Part shown: piece after piece, positions 11,986 through 23,339 of the stretch
How positions within the stretch are numbered: position 1 is the first letter of the stretch
How the letters are laid out: each line of letters opens with the position of its first letter
From: Mobula hypostoma
Lineage: Eukaryota
NCBI RefSeq assembly: GCF_963921235.1
Contig: NC_086108.1
Location: 93,808,001-93,872,000, forward strand
Direction of reading: 5' to 3'
DNA length: 64,000 bases
The notes under the pieces: generated by a model
Seen by the model: only the letters and a program-made list of their open reading frames with translations
What the model was told of the DNA's origin: nothing
Databases searched by the model: none
Position numbers and translations under genes: made by a program

Positions 11986-14900
11986 GGAAGCAGAAAGCCT
12001 TGCAAAGGCCATGCGCTTGCTGTAAAGGTTACGAAAGCAGAAAATCATACAAACAAACACACAGCAGGTCAGGGGATGTGTGGAAATAAAAGCAATTGCC
12101 AAGGCTGAAAATCCAGTTTTCTATCAGATTTCTGCAGTGCTTCTGATTTCCATTGTCATGAAGGTGAGAGAGTCAGAAGGAGGATGTGTTTCACTGAAGA
12201 TAGTTTGTAGTAATCCTACGGGGTTTCATGCTGTGTGGGAGAACAAAACATTGCAAGGTAACCAATATGCATGCGAGCCAGGCATTGCTTAACAGCGGGG
12301 CTGTATAGATTAGCTGAGGTAGGTTTCAGTGAGACGAGCTGACCCACTCCAGAGGGTCCTTGCTAGCTGGGTGTACAGCAGTGGGATGCGTCACCTCGGT
12401 AGGGATAGGGAAAGGAGTGAGGGGTAGTTACGTAATGGTGAGGTTTTATCGTCGATACTGTATAGCATAAGATTGCCAGCAGGTGGATCCCTTCCCAAGA
12501 ATCAGAATCAGGTTTATTATCACTGACATAGGTCACGAAACTTGTTGTTTGTGACAGCAGAACACTGCATACATAAAATATACCATAAGTTCCTTACAGA
12601 AATATATATATATCTGTACTGTATACTTCATTTAAATGTTTATAATTTTATAATTTATTTATTAATATAATTTAGGGTATACACATATCTACTGTATAGT
12701 ATATATACAGTACAGATATAAAATTAAATAAATAGTGCAAAAACAGTGATAAATTGTGAGATAGTGTACATGGGTTCATTGTCCATTCAGAAATCTGCTG
12801 GTGGATGGGTAGAAGCTGTTCCTAAAACATTGACTGTGAGTCTTCAGGCTCCTGTACCTCCACCCTGATGGTAGCAATGAGAAGAGGGCACGTCCTGGGT
12901 GATGGGGTCCTTAAAGATGAATGCTGCCTTTTTGAGGCATTGCCTTTTGAAGATAATCTCGAAGGTGCAGAGGCTAGTGCCCACGATGGAAGCTGGCTGC
13001 GTTTAAAAGCACTCTGCAGCTTTTTTCTGATCCCAAAAGCTAGTTGGCAAGGCCCGAATGTGAGTGCAAGCCCCTGTGGAACTGAAAAGGTCTGTGTGCT
13101 CTCGCCCAGGAGGGTAGGTGAGACCACCATCTAGAAACTCCCGTCTAGGTCCTGATTTGGAAATTTATCCAACTCCCTTCCTAACGGTTCATCACCACCC
13201 TCCCAAGGGCAATTATTGATGGTAGGTGGACACTGGCCTTGACAGTAGTGCCCACATCCCACAGATGGGTGCCACGGTAGCTATTACAGCTGGGAGCATT
13301 CTGGAGTTCAGAGTCCAGAGTTCAATTGTGGTGCTGTTTTGCAAGGAATCCCTGTACGTCCTCCCTGTGGAATGTCTGGGTTTTCCCCGGCTGCTCTGGT
13401 TTCCTCCCACAGTCCAAAGACGTTCTGGGTAGGTTAATTGGCCATTGTCAGCGCCAATGACCCAGTTCAGTTCCACCACTGTCTGTCACAAGTTTGTACT
13501 TTCCGTCCATGACCGTGTGTAGGTTTCCTGCAGTTGCTGCAGTTTGCTCCCACATTCCGAAGACGTAAGGGTTAGTTGGTCACAATGGATATAATCCAGC
13601 AGCACAGACTGGTCAGGCCAGAAGGGCCCGTTACCATGTTGTATCTTCAAATACAAATGGAAGTCTATGGAGGGGGGATGCCTGACCAGCATTTTGTGTG
13701 CGTTGCTCAAGATCTCCAGCACCCGCACAATCATTTGTGTCTCTGATGCACTGCATCAACTGTTCTTTTATTATACAGGGTCTGAAAACTGGAATCATCA
13801 CCCCACCTGCACGGGCAGATAACCTTCACCAGAAGGACTATAGCAGGTCAAGAAGGCAACTGACAACAACCTTCTCATGGGCAATTAGCGATGGGATCAA
13901 ATTTATTAACCATATACATTTACATCTATTGGGAATTTGCTCTGTCCTGCAACAAATAAAAACATTCAACAAGTATACAAATAAAGAATTATGTATAAAA
14001 GTTCAAAATAAATTTATTATCGAAGCACCTATATGTCACAATATGCAACCTTGAGATTTGTAAATTCATATATGTCACCATATATAACCCCGAGATTTGA
14101 AATTTAACCTCTAAAATGAATTGAGGTTAAATTACAGATATGAATTAAAATGTGCATAAATACATAAATACCATCAAATATTTACAATATGAACATAGAA
14201 ACATAGAAAACCAACAGCACAATACAGGCCCTTCGGCCCACAAAGCTGTGCCGAACATGTCCTTACCTTAGAAATTACCTGGGGTTACCAATAGCCCTCT
14301 AATTTTCTGATTTCCATGTACCTGTCCAGGAGTCTCTTAAAAGACCCTATCGTATCCACCCCTACCACCATCACCGGCAGCCCATTCCACGCATAAAAAA
14401 ACTTATTCCTGACATGTCCCCTGTACCTCCCTCCAAGCACCTTAAAACTGCCCTCTCGTGCTAGCCATTTCAGCCCTGGGAAAAAAGCTTCTGACTATCC
14501 ACACGATCAATGCAGCGTTATAAAAAGTGGTTTGCTGTGTTTACAGAGCAGTACTGAGATAATGGAAGGGGGTTGGGGGACTAACTAGAATGGTTGATCA
14601 GATTAACTATCTGGGGGGAAAAACTTTGAAGCTGGCATAAGGCATTTATGTTAATAGCCCTATAGTGCTTTCTGGAAGGGAGCTTTTGGAAAGGCTCTTG
14701 TCTGGATGGGTAGTGTCCACAATGATTATTCCTGCCCGCTTCTTTGTCCTGGGCTCATACCAGTCCTGCAGTGAAGGTAGACTACAGTGAATGACCTTTC
14801 CCGCCATCCTGACAGTTTGTTGTAGTTTTTGTGTATCGTGAGGGGATGCTGTACCAAACCAGACAGTCATGGCTGATGTGAGGATACTCTTTGTGAAGGT

Positions 14901-16291
14901 AGTGCGGAATGGCACCAGTATGTTCTGGGGGAGATGGAATAGGCAATAAATTCTGCCTCGGTGGCAACGTCCAGATCCTGAAAATGAAATAAAAGAATTC
15001 AAGGGTGACTTTAGACGGCAAATTGGACCTCGCTCTTTCAAAGATTTGGGCTGCTGTTATTTTGGCAAGGGATCTGAGTGGGGTCTGATTTGCCCCGACG
15101 CACTGGACGGGGATTGAAACTGTCGCTCACTCCATATTAGTGTTAGCCCCGTGATCAGGATCACATCCACCGGCCGCTGAACATGCCGTCACAAGCAGAT
15201 TCTTTCAGCAGAGCACATTTCTGAGATTCCAGAACTATTAAGGTAGATAAACAGAGCGTGTTATCTGCAAGTCAGTAAGGCACCACATGCAATCCCTTCA
15301 TCTGACTCTGTAAAAGGAAACCGGGTTCTTGCCCTCGCCCAGTGAAGTAAGTTGCGTGCCAGTGGCAGTGAAACTGTGGCGTCTTCGCATCAGTCAGAAA
15401 CCTGCCAGTACTGGGAATCTGAAAAGAAGTGTTTCTAGAACTTGCTTCAATGCTCAAGCTTTGATTCTATCTGCCTCGGCTCAAATAAAGGAGATTTACG
15501 CAACTAGGACGGATTGGAGGATATCACTACGCCCACACCTCCTACAATCGCTCCTCTGCGGATCGTCACCTCGCCATTGTGGAGAGGCTTGTGGGTTCCT
15601 GACATCCCGAGAGCGATGCCCTCCGGGGTTTAGCCGCCTGGAGCTTAGCTCCAAGTCGGGTTACCCACAGGGGCATTCCACAGGTGAGGCTGGAGGAAGA
15701 TGACGGCACACCACAACGACAGTGAAAATGCAGGAAGGCTGCAGCAGTGAAGAATCCCCAGTCATCGTGCACCCTGTGCCACTAGACCCTGACCCCAAAC
15801 TGTCAAACACTTTGTGGTGGCTGCCCCTGGATCAGCCTCCCCATGTTAAATAAAACCAGCCACAGGCGTTCTCCTCTGAGGGAGTAACCCTTGGGAGAAC
15901 ATCCGTACTTAACTCGAGAGGTCGCACATCTACAACCAGAAACACCAGTGATGGCCAAAGTAGAATTAGAAAAGCACAGAAGGCGGCTATTTGGCCCATG
16001 GATAATGTGCTGGCCTTTTAAAGAGCTTCTCATGTAGTTCCTCTCTCCTTCCCTTTCCTACATTTTGGAATGTTCTTCTCTTCAGCCATTACCGATTCCC
16101 TTTTGAAACTTGCTATTCGATGTTCCCCAAATCCACTTCAATGGAACGCACTTTCAGAGTGAGGGTAGAGGCAGATACATTAAGCAGATTTAGGAGACTC
16201 TTAGATAGACACGTGGATGAAAGAAATATGGGGGGGAATAAACAGTCGAACTCTAGGGCCGAGACTCAGCCCAAAACATGACTCATTATTC

Positions 16292-18035
16292 AACACTCAC
16301 AACACGCTGGAGGAACTCAGCAGGTCGGGCAGCATCCGTGGAAACGATGAGTCGCCGTTTCGGGTCGGAACCCTTCGTCAGGACTGAAGAGGGAAGGGGC
16401 AGAGGCCTTATAAAGAAGGTGGGGGAGGGGAGGGTTGGAAGGAGAAGGCTGGTAGGTTCAGTTGAAAAACCAGTAATTTGAAAGACAAAGGGGTGGAGGA
16501 GGGGAAGCAGGGAGGTGATAGGCAGGAAAACAATGGGTAGTAGAAGGAGGTGGAATCATGAGGGAGGTGATAGGCAGCTGGCGGAGGGGGTAAAGTGAAA
16601 TAGGGATAGAGGAAGGGAAGGGGAGGGAATTACCCGAAGTTGGAGAATTCTATATTCATACCAAGTGGCTGGAGACTACCTAGACGGTATATGAGGTGTT
16701 GCTCCTCCAACCTGAGTTTAGCCTCATCATGGCAGTAGAGGAGGCCATGTATGGACATACCTAAATGGGAATGGGAAGCAGAGTTGAAGTGGGTGGCTAC
16801 CGGGAGATCCTCTCTGTTATGGCGGACCGAGTGGAGGTGCTCGATGAAGCGGTCCCCCAATCTGCGTCAGGTTTCACTGATATCTCGGACACTTCTCTCT
16901 TCTTTCTCGATGTCTCGGTCTCGATCTCTGGAGACAGACTGTCCACCGACATCTTCTACAAGCCCACTGACTCTTATAACTACCTCAACTATACCTCTTC
17001 CCACCCCGCCACATGCAAAAATGTCATTCCCACAACAGGGACAGAGTTCCCCTTGTCCTCACCTACCACCCCACCAGCCTCCGGATCCAGCACATTATCC
17101 TCCGCAACTTCCGCCACCTACAACAGGACCCCACCACTAAGCACATCTTTCCCTCTCCACCTTCCGCAGGGATCGATCCCTCCACAACTCCTTTATCCAC
17201 ACGTCCCTCCCCACGGATCTCCCACCCGGCACTTATCCCTGTAAGCGTAAGTGCTACACCTTTCCCTACACCTCCTCTCTTGCCACCATTCAGGGCCCCA
17301 AACAGTCCTTCTGGGTGAGGCAACACTTCACTTGAGAGTCTGTTGGGGTCATCTATTGCATCCAGTGCTCCTGGTGCGGCCTCCTCTACATCGGTGAAAC
17401 CCGACGCAGATTGGGGGACCGCTTCGTCGAGCACCTCCGCTCCGTCTGCCACAACAGACAGGATCTCCCAGTAGCCACCCACTTCAACTCTGCTTCCCAC
17501 TCCCATTCAGATATGTCCATACATGGCCTCCTCTACTGCCATGATGAGGCTAAACTCAGGTTGGAGGAGCAACACCTCATATACCATCTAGGTAGTCTCC
17601 AGCCCCTTGGTATGAACATAGAATTCTCCAACTTCCAGTAATTCCCTCCCCCTCCCTTCTCCTATCCCTATTTCACTCTGCCCCCTCCCCCAGCTGCCTA
17701 TCACCTCCCTCATGGTTCCGCCTCCTTCTACTACCTGTTATGTTTTCCCCTATTCTTTCTTCACCTTTCCTGCCTATCACCTCCCTGCCTCCCTTCCCCC
17801 ACTGCTTTATCTTTCCCCTTACTGGTTTTTCAACTGGACCTACCAGCCTTCTCCTTCCCACCCTCCCCCCACCTTCTTTATAGGACCTCTGCCCCTTCCC
17901 TCTACAGTCCTGACGAAGGGTTCCGGCCCGAAACGTCGACTCATCGTTTCCACGGATGCTGCCCGACCTGCTGAGTTCCTCCAGCGTGTTGTGAGTGTTG
18001 CTTTAATCCCAGCATCTGCAGAGCATTTTGTGTTT
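16292..18035 (+). mobile_element. Penelope-like element with inverted pLTR (fold-back) architecture
   Basis: Minus arm 16292-16883 mirrors plus arm 17388-18000. The centre encodes FLDVSVSISGDRLSTDIFYKPTDS and GIY-YIG (VIYCIQCSWCGLLYIGET). 14-bp TSD atgactcattattc (16278-16291, 18036-18049). Confidence 0.93.
17906..17941 (+). ncRNA. Minimal type I hammerhead ribozyme motif in PLE pLTR
   Basis: AGTC-CTGACGA-A-GGG-ttccgg-CCC-GAAA-CGTC-GACT: stem I AGTC/GACT, core CUGANGA and GAAA, stem II GGG/CCC, palindromic ACGU in place of stem III, GUC cleavage triplet. Confidence 0.75.
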
Positions 18036-19004
18036 ATGACTCATTATTCCCCTCCGTTGATGCTGTCTGACCTGCTGAGTTCCTCTCGCACTTTGTGCGT
18101 TGCCAAAGATTTCCAGCATCTGCAGAATCTCTGGTGCTTTGGATGAAAGAAATATTGAGGGCTATGTGGAGGAAAGCAGCAGGTTGACCTTGCGGTAGGT
18201 TAAAAGATCGGTACAACACCTTCGAGCTCGACTGAGCGATCTGCTGTCCCTGGAGAGGACCCTGAGCACGGGCTGTCTCACGCAGAAGAACACAGATGAG
18301 GCACAGGGCTGTGATTGACTCGACTTCGAAGCGTCGAGGAAGATCGCAGCATCGGGGCGAATGTGGGGGATGTCAGCGGACACTCTCCACGGAGATCACG
18401 GGTCGATGGCGGTTGGTAGCCAAGACAGCGACACTGCAGTCTCCCTTCGCGGAAGGACTGGGTTCAAGCGGCCACTCTCCTCAGTTCTGGCGGATGGACG
18501 TTTTCGAAATTCTGAGATTTATGTGATTATTGGACTGTAGTTTATATTGCTGTCCCTCAGTTTTCTCTGTTTTCTTTCTTGCTGCTGACTAGTGGGTTGG
18601 GGTTCTGGATGGACGATATGTTGTTTTTTTGCAAGGGAGGGGGTTGGGGGGTCTGGGATTTTTGATATTCTGGCTGCTGTCTTCCATATGGGCGATCTGC
18701 TAGTATTTGTATGAGAGAGGGGTTGGGGGTTTCAAGTTTGGTGTTCCAGCTGACGTTTCAGTTTTTTCGTGTGGGGAAGAGAGTGGTGGGGGAGCTTCCT
18801 AATTCAATCCTAGACAACACCATAACAGAAAACACAATAACAACCTACAATTTACAATACAATAGGGCAAACAACCATGAGCAATTAACTATCGGCAGAA
18901 AGGTCACATGCACAAATGTCAATAATCAAACCTAAGTAAACGTGAACATATGAACAGACTTATCAATAGAAGGAGAGTGGGAGAGTCCATTTAACAGATG
19001 TTGT

Positions 19005-19495
19005 GCAGGGACAGTCAGATTATTACACCTGATTCTGGGAACAAAGGGGTTAACATACGAGGAGTGTTTGGCAGCTTTGGGCCTGTACTCACTGGACTTT
19101 AGAAGAATGTGGAGTAATCTCATTGAAACCTACCGAATGTTGAAAGGACAAGATAAAGTGGATGTGGAGAGGATATTTCCTATGGTGGACAGATCTAGAA
19201 CTAAAGGGCACAGCCTCAAAATTGAAGGTGACCTTTTAGAACAGCGGTAAGGAGGAATTTTTTTAGCCAGAGAGTAGTGAATCTGTGGATGCTCTGCCAC
19301 AGACTGCAGTGGAGGCCAAGTCTATGGGTATATTTAAGGTGGAAGTTGATCGTTTCCTGATCAGTCAGGGCATCAAAGGATATGGCGAGAAGGCGGGTGT
19401 ATGGGGTTGAGTGGAATCTGTGATCAGCCATGACGGAATGGAGGAGCCGACTTGATGGGCTGAATGGCCTAATTCTGCTTCTATATCTTATGGAG
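19005..19495 (+). mobile_element. CR1 3' fragment
   Basis: Encodes LGLYSLDFRRM...LIETYRMLKG; CR1 3' UTR gatgggctgaatggcct. Confidence 0.85.
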
Positions 19496-19676
19496 TGAGT
19501 TTTGGTGAGAAGCTGGATAGCTACAGAAGAGATACTTTGGAGATGACGTGTAGTCCTGGTGGTGAGGGACGTGTATCATCTCCTTGTTGGCAATTTGGTG
19601 AATAGCTGAATGCTAGGATGGGTGGAGCCAGCAGTAAATTTTTCACCTTTTTATTTGCTCTGGCAATGAACAGGTG

Positions 19677-19920
19677 TTGAAATAACTTGGGCATGCAATT
19701 AAAACTGACTTGCACAAAAGTTCACATTTACCACTAAAAGACAGCATTAAATCCCAGAAATAACTAGAGATTTGGTACATACTGACCAAATTCAATTTTA
19801 ATTACAAAAACAGGCTAGGATTGAATTTGGTCAGTATGCACAAAATCACTAAGTATTTTGGGAATTTTAGTGGTAAATTAATCATGCCCAATCTCCCAGA
19901 GTTTGAACTCGATTATTTCA
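19677..19920. repeat. Imperfect ~245-bp palindrome (MITE-like) in TECR intron 3
   Basis: Perfect 19-bp arms at 19778-19796/19820-19838 and 14-bp arms at 19726-19739/19865-19878, plus outer matches ttgggcatg/catgcccaa and ttgaaataa/ttatttcaa. Confidence 0.8.
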
Positions 19921-19957
19921 AAAGGAATAAAGTCATTGATAGCTGCACGGTACTTAC

Positions 19958-20002
19958 TGGGATCTAACCTGATGGATTGTCTCGCTGGATACCACTGGGG
20001 GT
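19958..20002 (-). CDS. TECR: TECR-family exon 3, 45 nt ((Y)PQWYPARQSIRLDP)
   Basis: Acceptor ctcttttttttag and donor gtaagt. The peptide is nearly identical to TECR PQWYPARQSLRLDP; phase 1-1. Confidence 0.96.
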
Positions 20003-21574
20003 CTAAAAAAAAGAGATGTAAAAATAGAATTCATCTGTTATTGCAAAGTGTCACATAGCAGTTATGAGCTTTTAATGGAGAGGTTCTGGAATGAGGCGAG
20101 TATATTTCCCACAAGGAAACCATCCCCAAATGAATTCTGCCCACCCAAACACACCTCTGCTTCTCTACCTTATTTTCCAAGGCTTGTATATGTTGTGAAG
20201 AGCTCGCTGTGTGGTAGTAGTCTAGAATTAGCACGTCCTGAAACATCCCAGTGAGGGCTGTTTTGTGATTCCCTGTGCTACTGGCTGCCCCACTTATTCT
20301 GAGCAGAATCAAAGTGGTACTGACAGAACAAGTGATGTCATTTCTTCATCATCCTCATAGGACCAGGCATAATTAATTTGATGATATTGCTCTTTCAGTC
20401 TTATCTGGATGATACAACACAATACAGAATAAAGCAATTCCAGTGGCGAATCCGTGAAATTCATCGCCACGGGCAGCTATGGAGGCCAAGTCATTGGGTA
20501 TATTTAAGGCAAAAGTTGATAGATTCCTGATTAGTCAGGGCATGAAGAGATCTGGGGAGAAGGCAGGAGATTGGGACTGAGAGGAAAATTAGATCAGCCA
20601 TGATGAAATGGTGGAGCAGACTTGGTGGGCCAAATGGCCTAATTCTGCTCCTATATCTTGTGGTCTTATCCGTGCTTGCTCTTTCCGAAAGTGTTTCGAT
20701 TAGTGGCACCTCTCAGTTTTTTACTGCCCTTGGAAATCCATTCCAAAATTACTCCTGGCCCTATTTTCAGGTAAGGCAACTTACATCATTTTTAAAAAAC
20801 TATGTTCGATTCCCTCTAATCACTTTTCAATAAAATTAGATTTGTAGCCCATATCGGTTTTGCACCCCTTAACGTTAGAGACATTTTCTCCTTATTTACA
20901 TGACCAATTCTGCTAAAAATTCCTTACCTGTTATCTAACCATCAGGGACCCACCCTAACTCTGAAGCCTCTCCAGACAAATGAAGGCTCACACTCCCTTT
21001 CCATTATATCAAGTATTGTCTGCAACCCCTCCAAGGATTTGACATCTTTCATGAAGTGTGGTCATATGAATTCAACTCAGTAATTCTGTCAACCAGTCAT
21101 TTAGAAATTCCTGGCATAACTTCCTTGCTTGTGCACCATTAATAACACCAAAGATCCTGTATCCTTTTTTTTAAAAAGGCTTCTCAACATGACTTGCCAC
21201 CAGGGACGTGTGGGACTTTTAAGTATGAGCAGACTTGGAGGGGCAATTAACGACATAACTATTGAAAATATTTGTGCAAATGTCTTATTTCCTCAACATT
21301 CTCAGTAACTATTGGGTATTGAGGCAATGACCCTTGGCACCCCCTCTCCTTCACCCAATACACTCTCCTCCGCCACTGCAAAAATCAGGGTATCTATGCA
21401 ATTGGGTGTCTGTGTTCAGGATCCTTCTTAAAATTGAAGCATCGCCCCTTATCCTTGCCCTTTCCCATTCCTCATACTGACTTCCAAAGAGGTTGCCTGA
21501 CATTTCTCTGCTAAATTTCACCCACTGCACATTTCACCACCATTTTCAAGTTTGCTGCCCTCAGGAAGAATGAA

Positions 21575-22385
21575 AGGTACAATAAAAATGGGCTGGTAAG
21601 TGGCAGATGGAATTTAATGCAGACAAGTGTGATGTGTTGCATTTTGGGAGGATAAGCCAGAGTAACACTTACACAGTGAATGGTACTGCATTGAGGAGTG
21701 AGGTAGAACAAAGGGATCCATAATTCCGTGAAGGTGGAACCACAAGTAGATAGGGTTCTAAAGAGAGCTTTTGGCACGTTAGCTTTCATAAATCAGAGCA
21801 CTGAATGCAGGAGGTTGCATATTATGTTGAAGTCTATAAGGCATTAGTGAGGTCAAATTTGGAGCATTGTGTACAATACTGATCACCTACCTTCAGAAAA
21901 TATGTCAATGAGATTGAAAGAGTGCAGAGAAAATTTACAAGGATGTTGCCGGGACTTGAGGACCTGAGTTATAAGGAAAGATTGAATAGGTTAGGACTTT
22001 ATTCCTTGGAGTGTAGGAGATTAAGGGGAGTTTGATAGAGATACACAAAATTATGAGGGGTAAAGACAGGGTAGATGCAAGCAGCCTTTTCCACTTTGGT
22101 TGGGTGAGACGAGAACTGGAGGTTATAGGTGAAGGGTGAAAGGTGAAATACTTAAGGGGAACCTTCTTCACTCGGAAGGTAGTGCGATTGTGGAATGAGC
22201 TGCCGGCAGAAGTGATAAATGCAGGTTCACCTGCAACACTAAAAAGATGCTTGGATAAGTCCAAGAGTGAGAGGGTTATGGCGGGCTATGGTCCAGTTGC
22301 AGTTTGATGGGACTAGGCAGAATAACGGTACAGCATGGACCAGATGGGCCAAAGGGCCTGTTTCTGAGCTGCAGCACTCTATGAC
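21575..22385 (+). mobile_element. CR1 3' fragment
   Basis: Contains aagtggcagatggaatttaatgcagacaagtgt, ERVQRKFTRMLPGLEDLSY and a CR1 3' UTR. Confidence 0.85.
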
Positions 22386-23339
22386 TCACACAGCAGGTTT
22401 GAACGCATGTCATCGTACCTTTATCATTCCTCACAACATACAATGAGGCTACTCGGCCCATCGGGTGTCTGCCCTCTCTCAGAGCACTCCGTTTCCCTGT
22501 AACCTAGTCTCTCTCACATGCTTACTAATGCCCTCTCCTCCTGCCATCCACCCACACAATCTTCAGCCACCTTAAGCCTACCAGTCGTGGGGGGGGTGGG
22601 GGCGGGGAACAAGAGAACACAGAAGGAAGCCATAAAGTCACATGGAGAGCACACAAATTCCACAAAGGAGAGATAAAAAGGCAAATACATTGGTTGGGGC
22701 AACTTTAAAGTCGTGATTGGCATTCCCTCATTTAGGTCATTAATATTACCATGAAAAAAGAGCAGATCTCCCAATCCCCATGTCTGGGAGGCTTTGAGGT
22801 AATTGACGTCTTCGGGGTTACTAATTAGTCTTCACTTCATTTGACAACCTTTATTCGGGAACAGCGAATCAGCTGTCGGGGGCTCTGTACTCGGATCGCG
22901 CTCTCTCACTCTCGGTGGGGGAGAGTTTGCTGCCGATTCTTGAGTTGGAGAACGGAAAAAGCAAGGTGGCAGACTTCAACACCGTAAATCAGTGAGTTGT
23001 TTTGCCTATGTCTCCCCTCTCTTTGAGTGACTCCTCTCTGCCCCTTTATTAGGGTGAGAGAGCCTGGGGTTTTTCAAATTGCTGGGTGAACGATCAGTTT
23101 TTGCAGATCATGGTCCTTCTTGGTGGGTGGAGGACAATGATGCTTTTTGCTAAAGTGGGGGAGAGGGAGGGGGAGGGCCAATGCTTTACTGTTGCTTGGG
23201 AGTGGGAGGGGGAAGTAGAGGCATTGGGGGTTCTAATGTTTTTACTGTCACTCATTCTTTAGGGCACTGTTCTGTTTTCATAGATGCCTGTGAAGAACAA
23301 GAATTTCAGGTTGTATAGTGTATACATTCTCTGATATTA

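Noticed and set aside
12609..12720. 17-bp inverted repeat tatatctgtactgtata / tatacagtacagatata
   Set aside because: Low-complexity AT-rich tract inside a LINE 3' UTR; no evidence of function.
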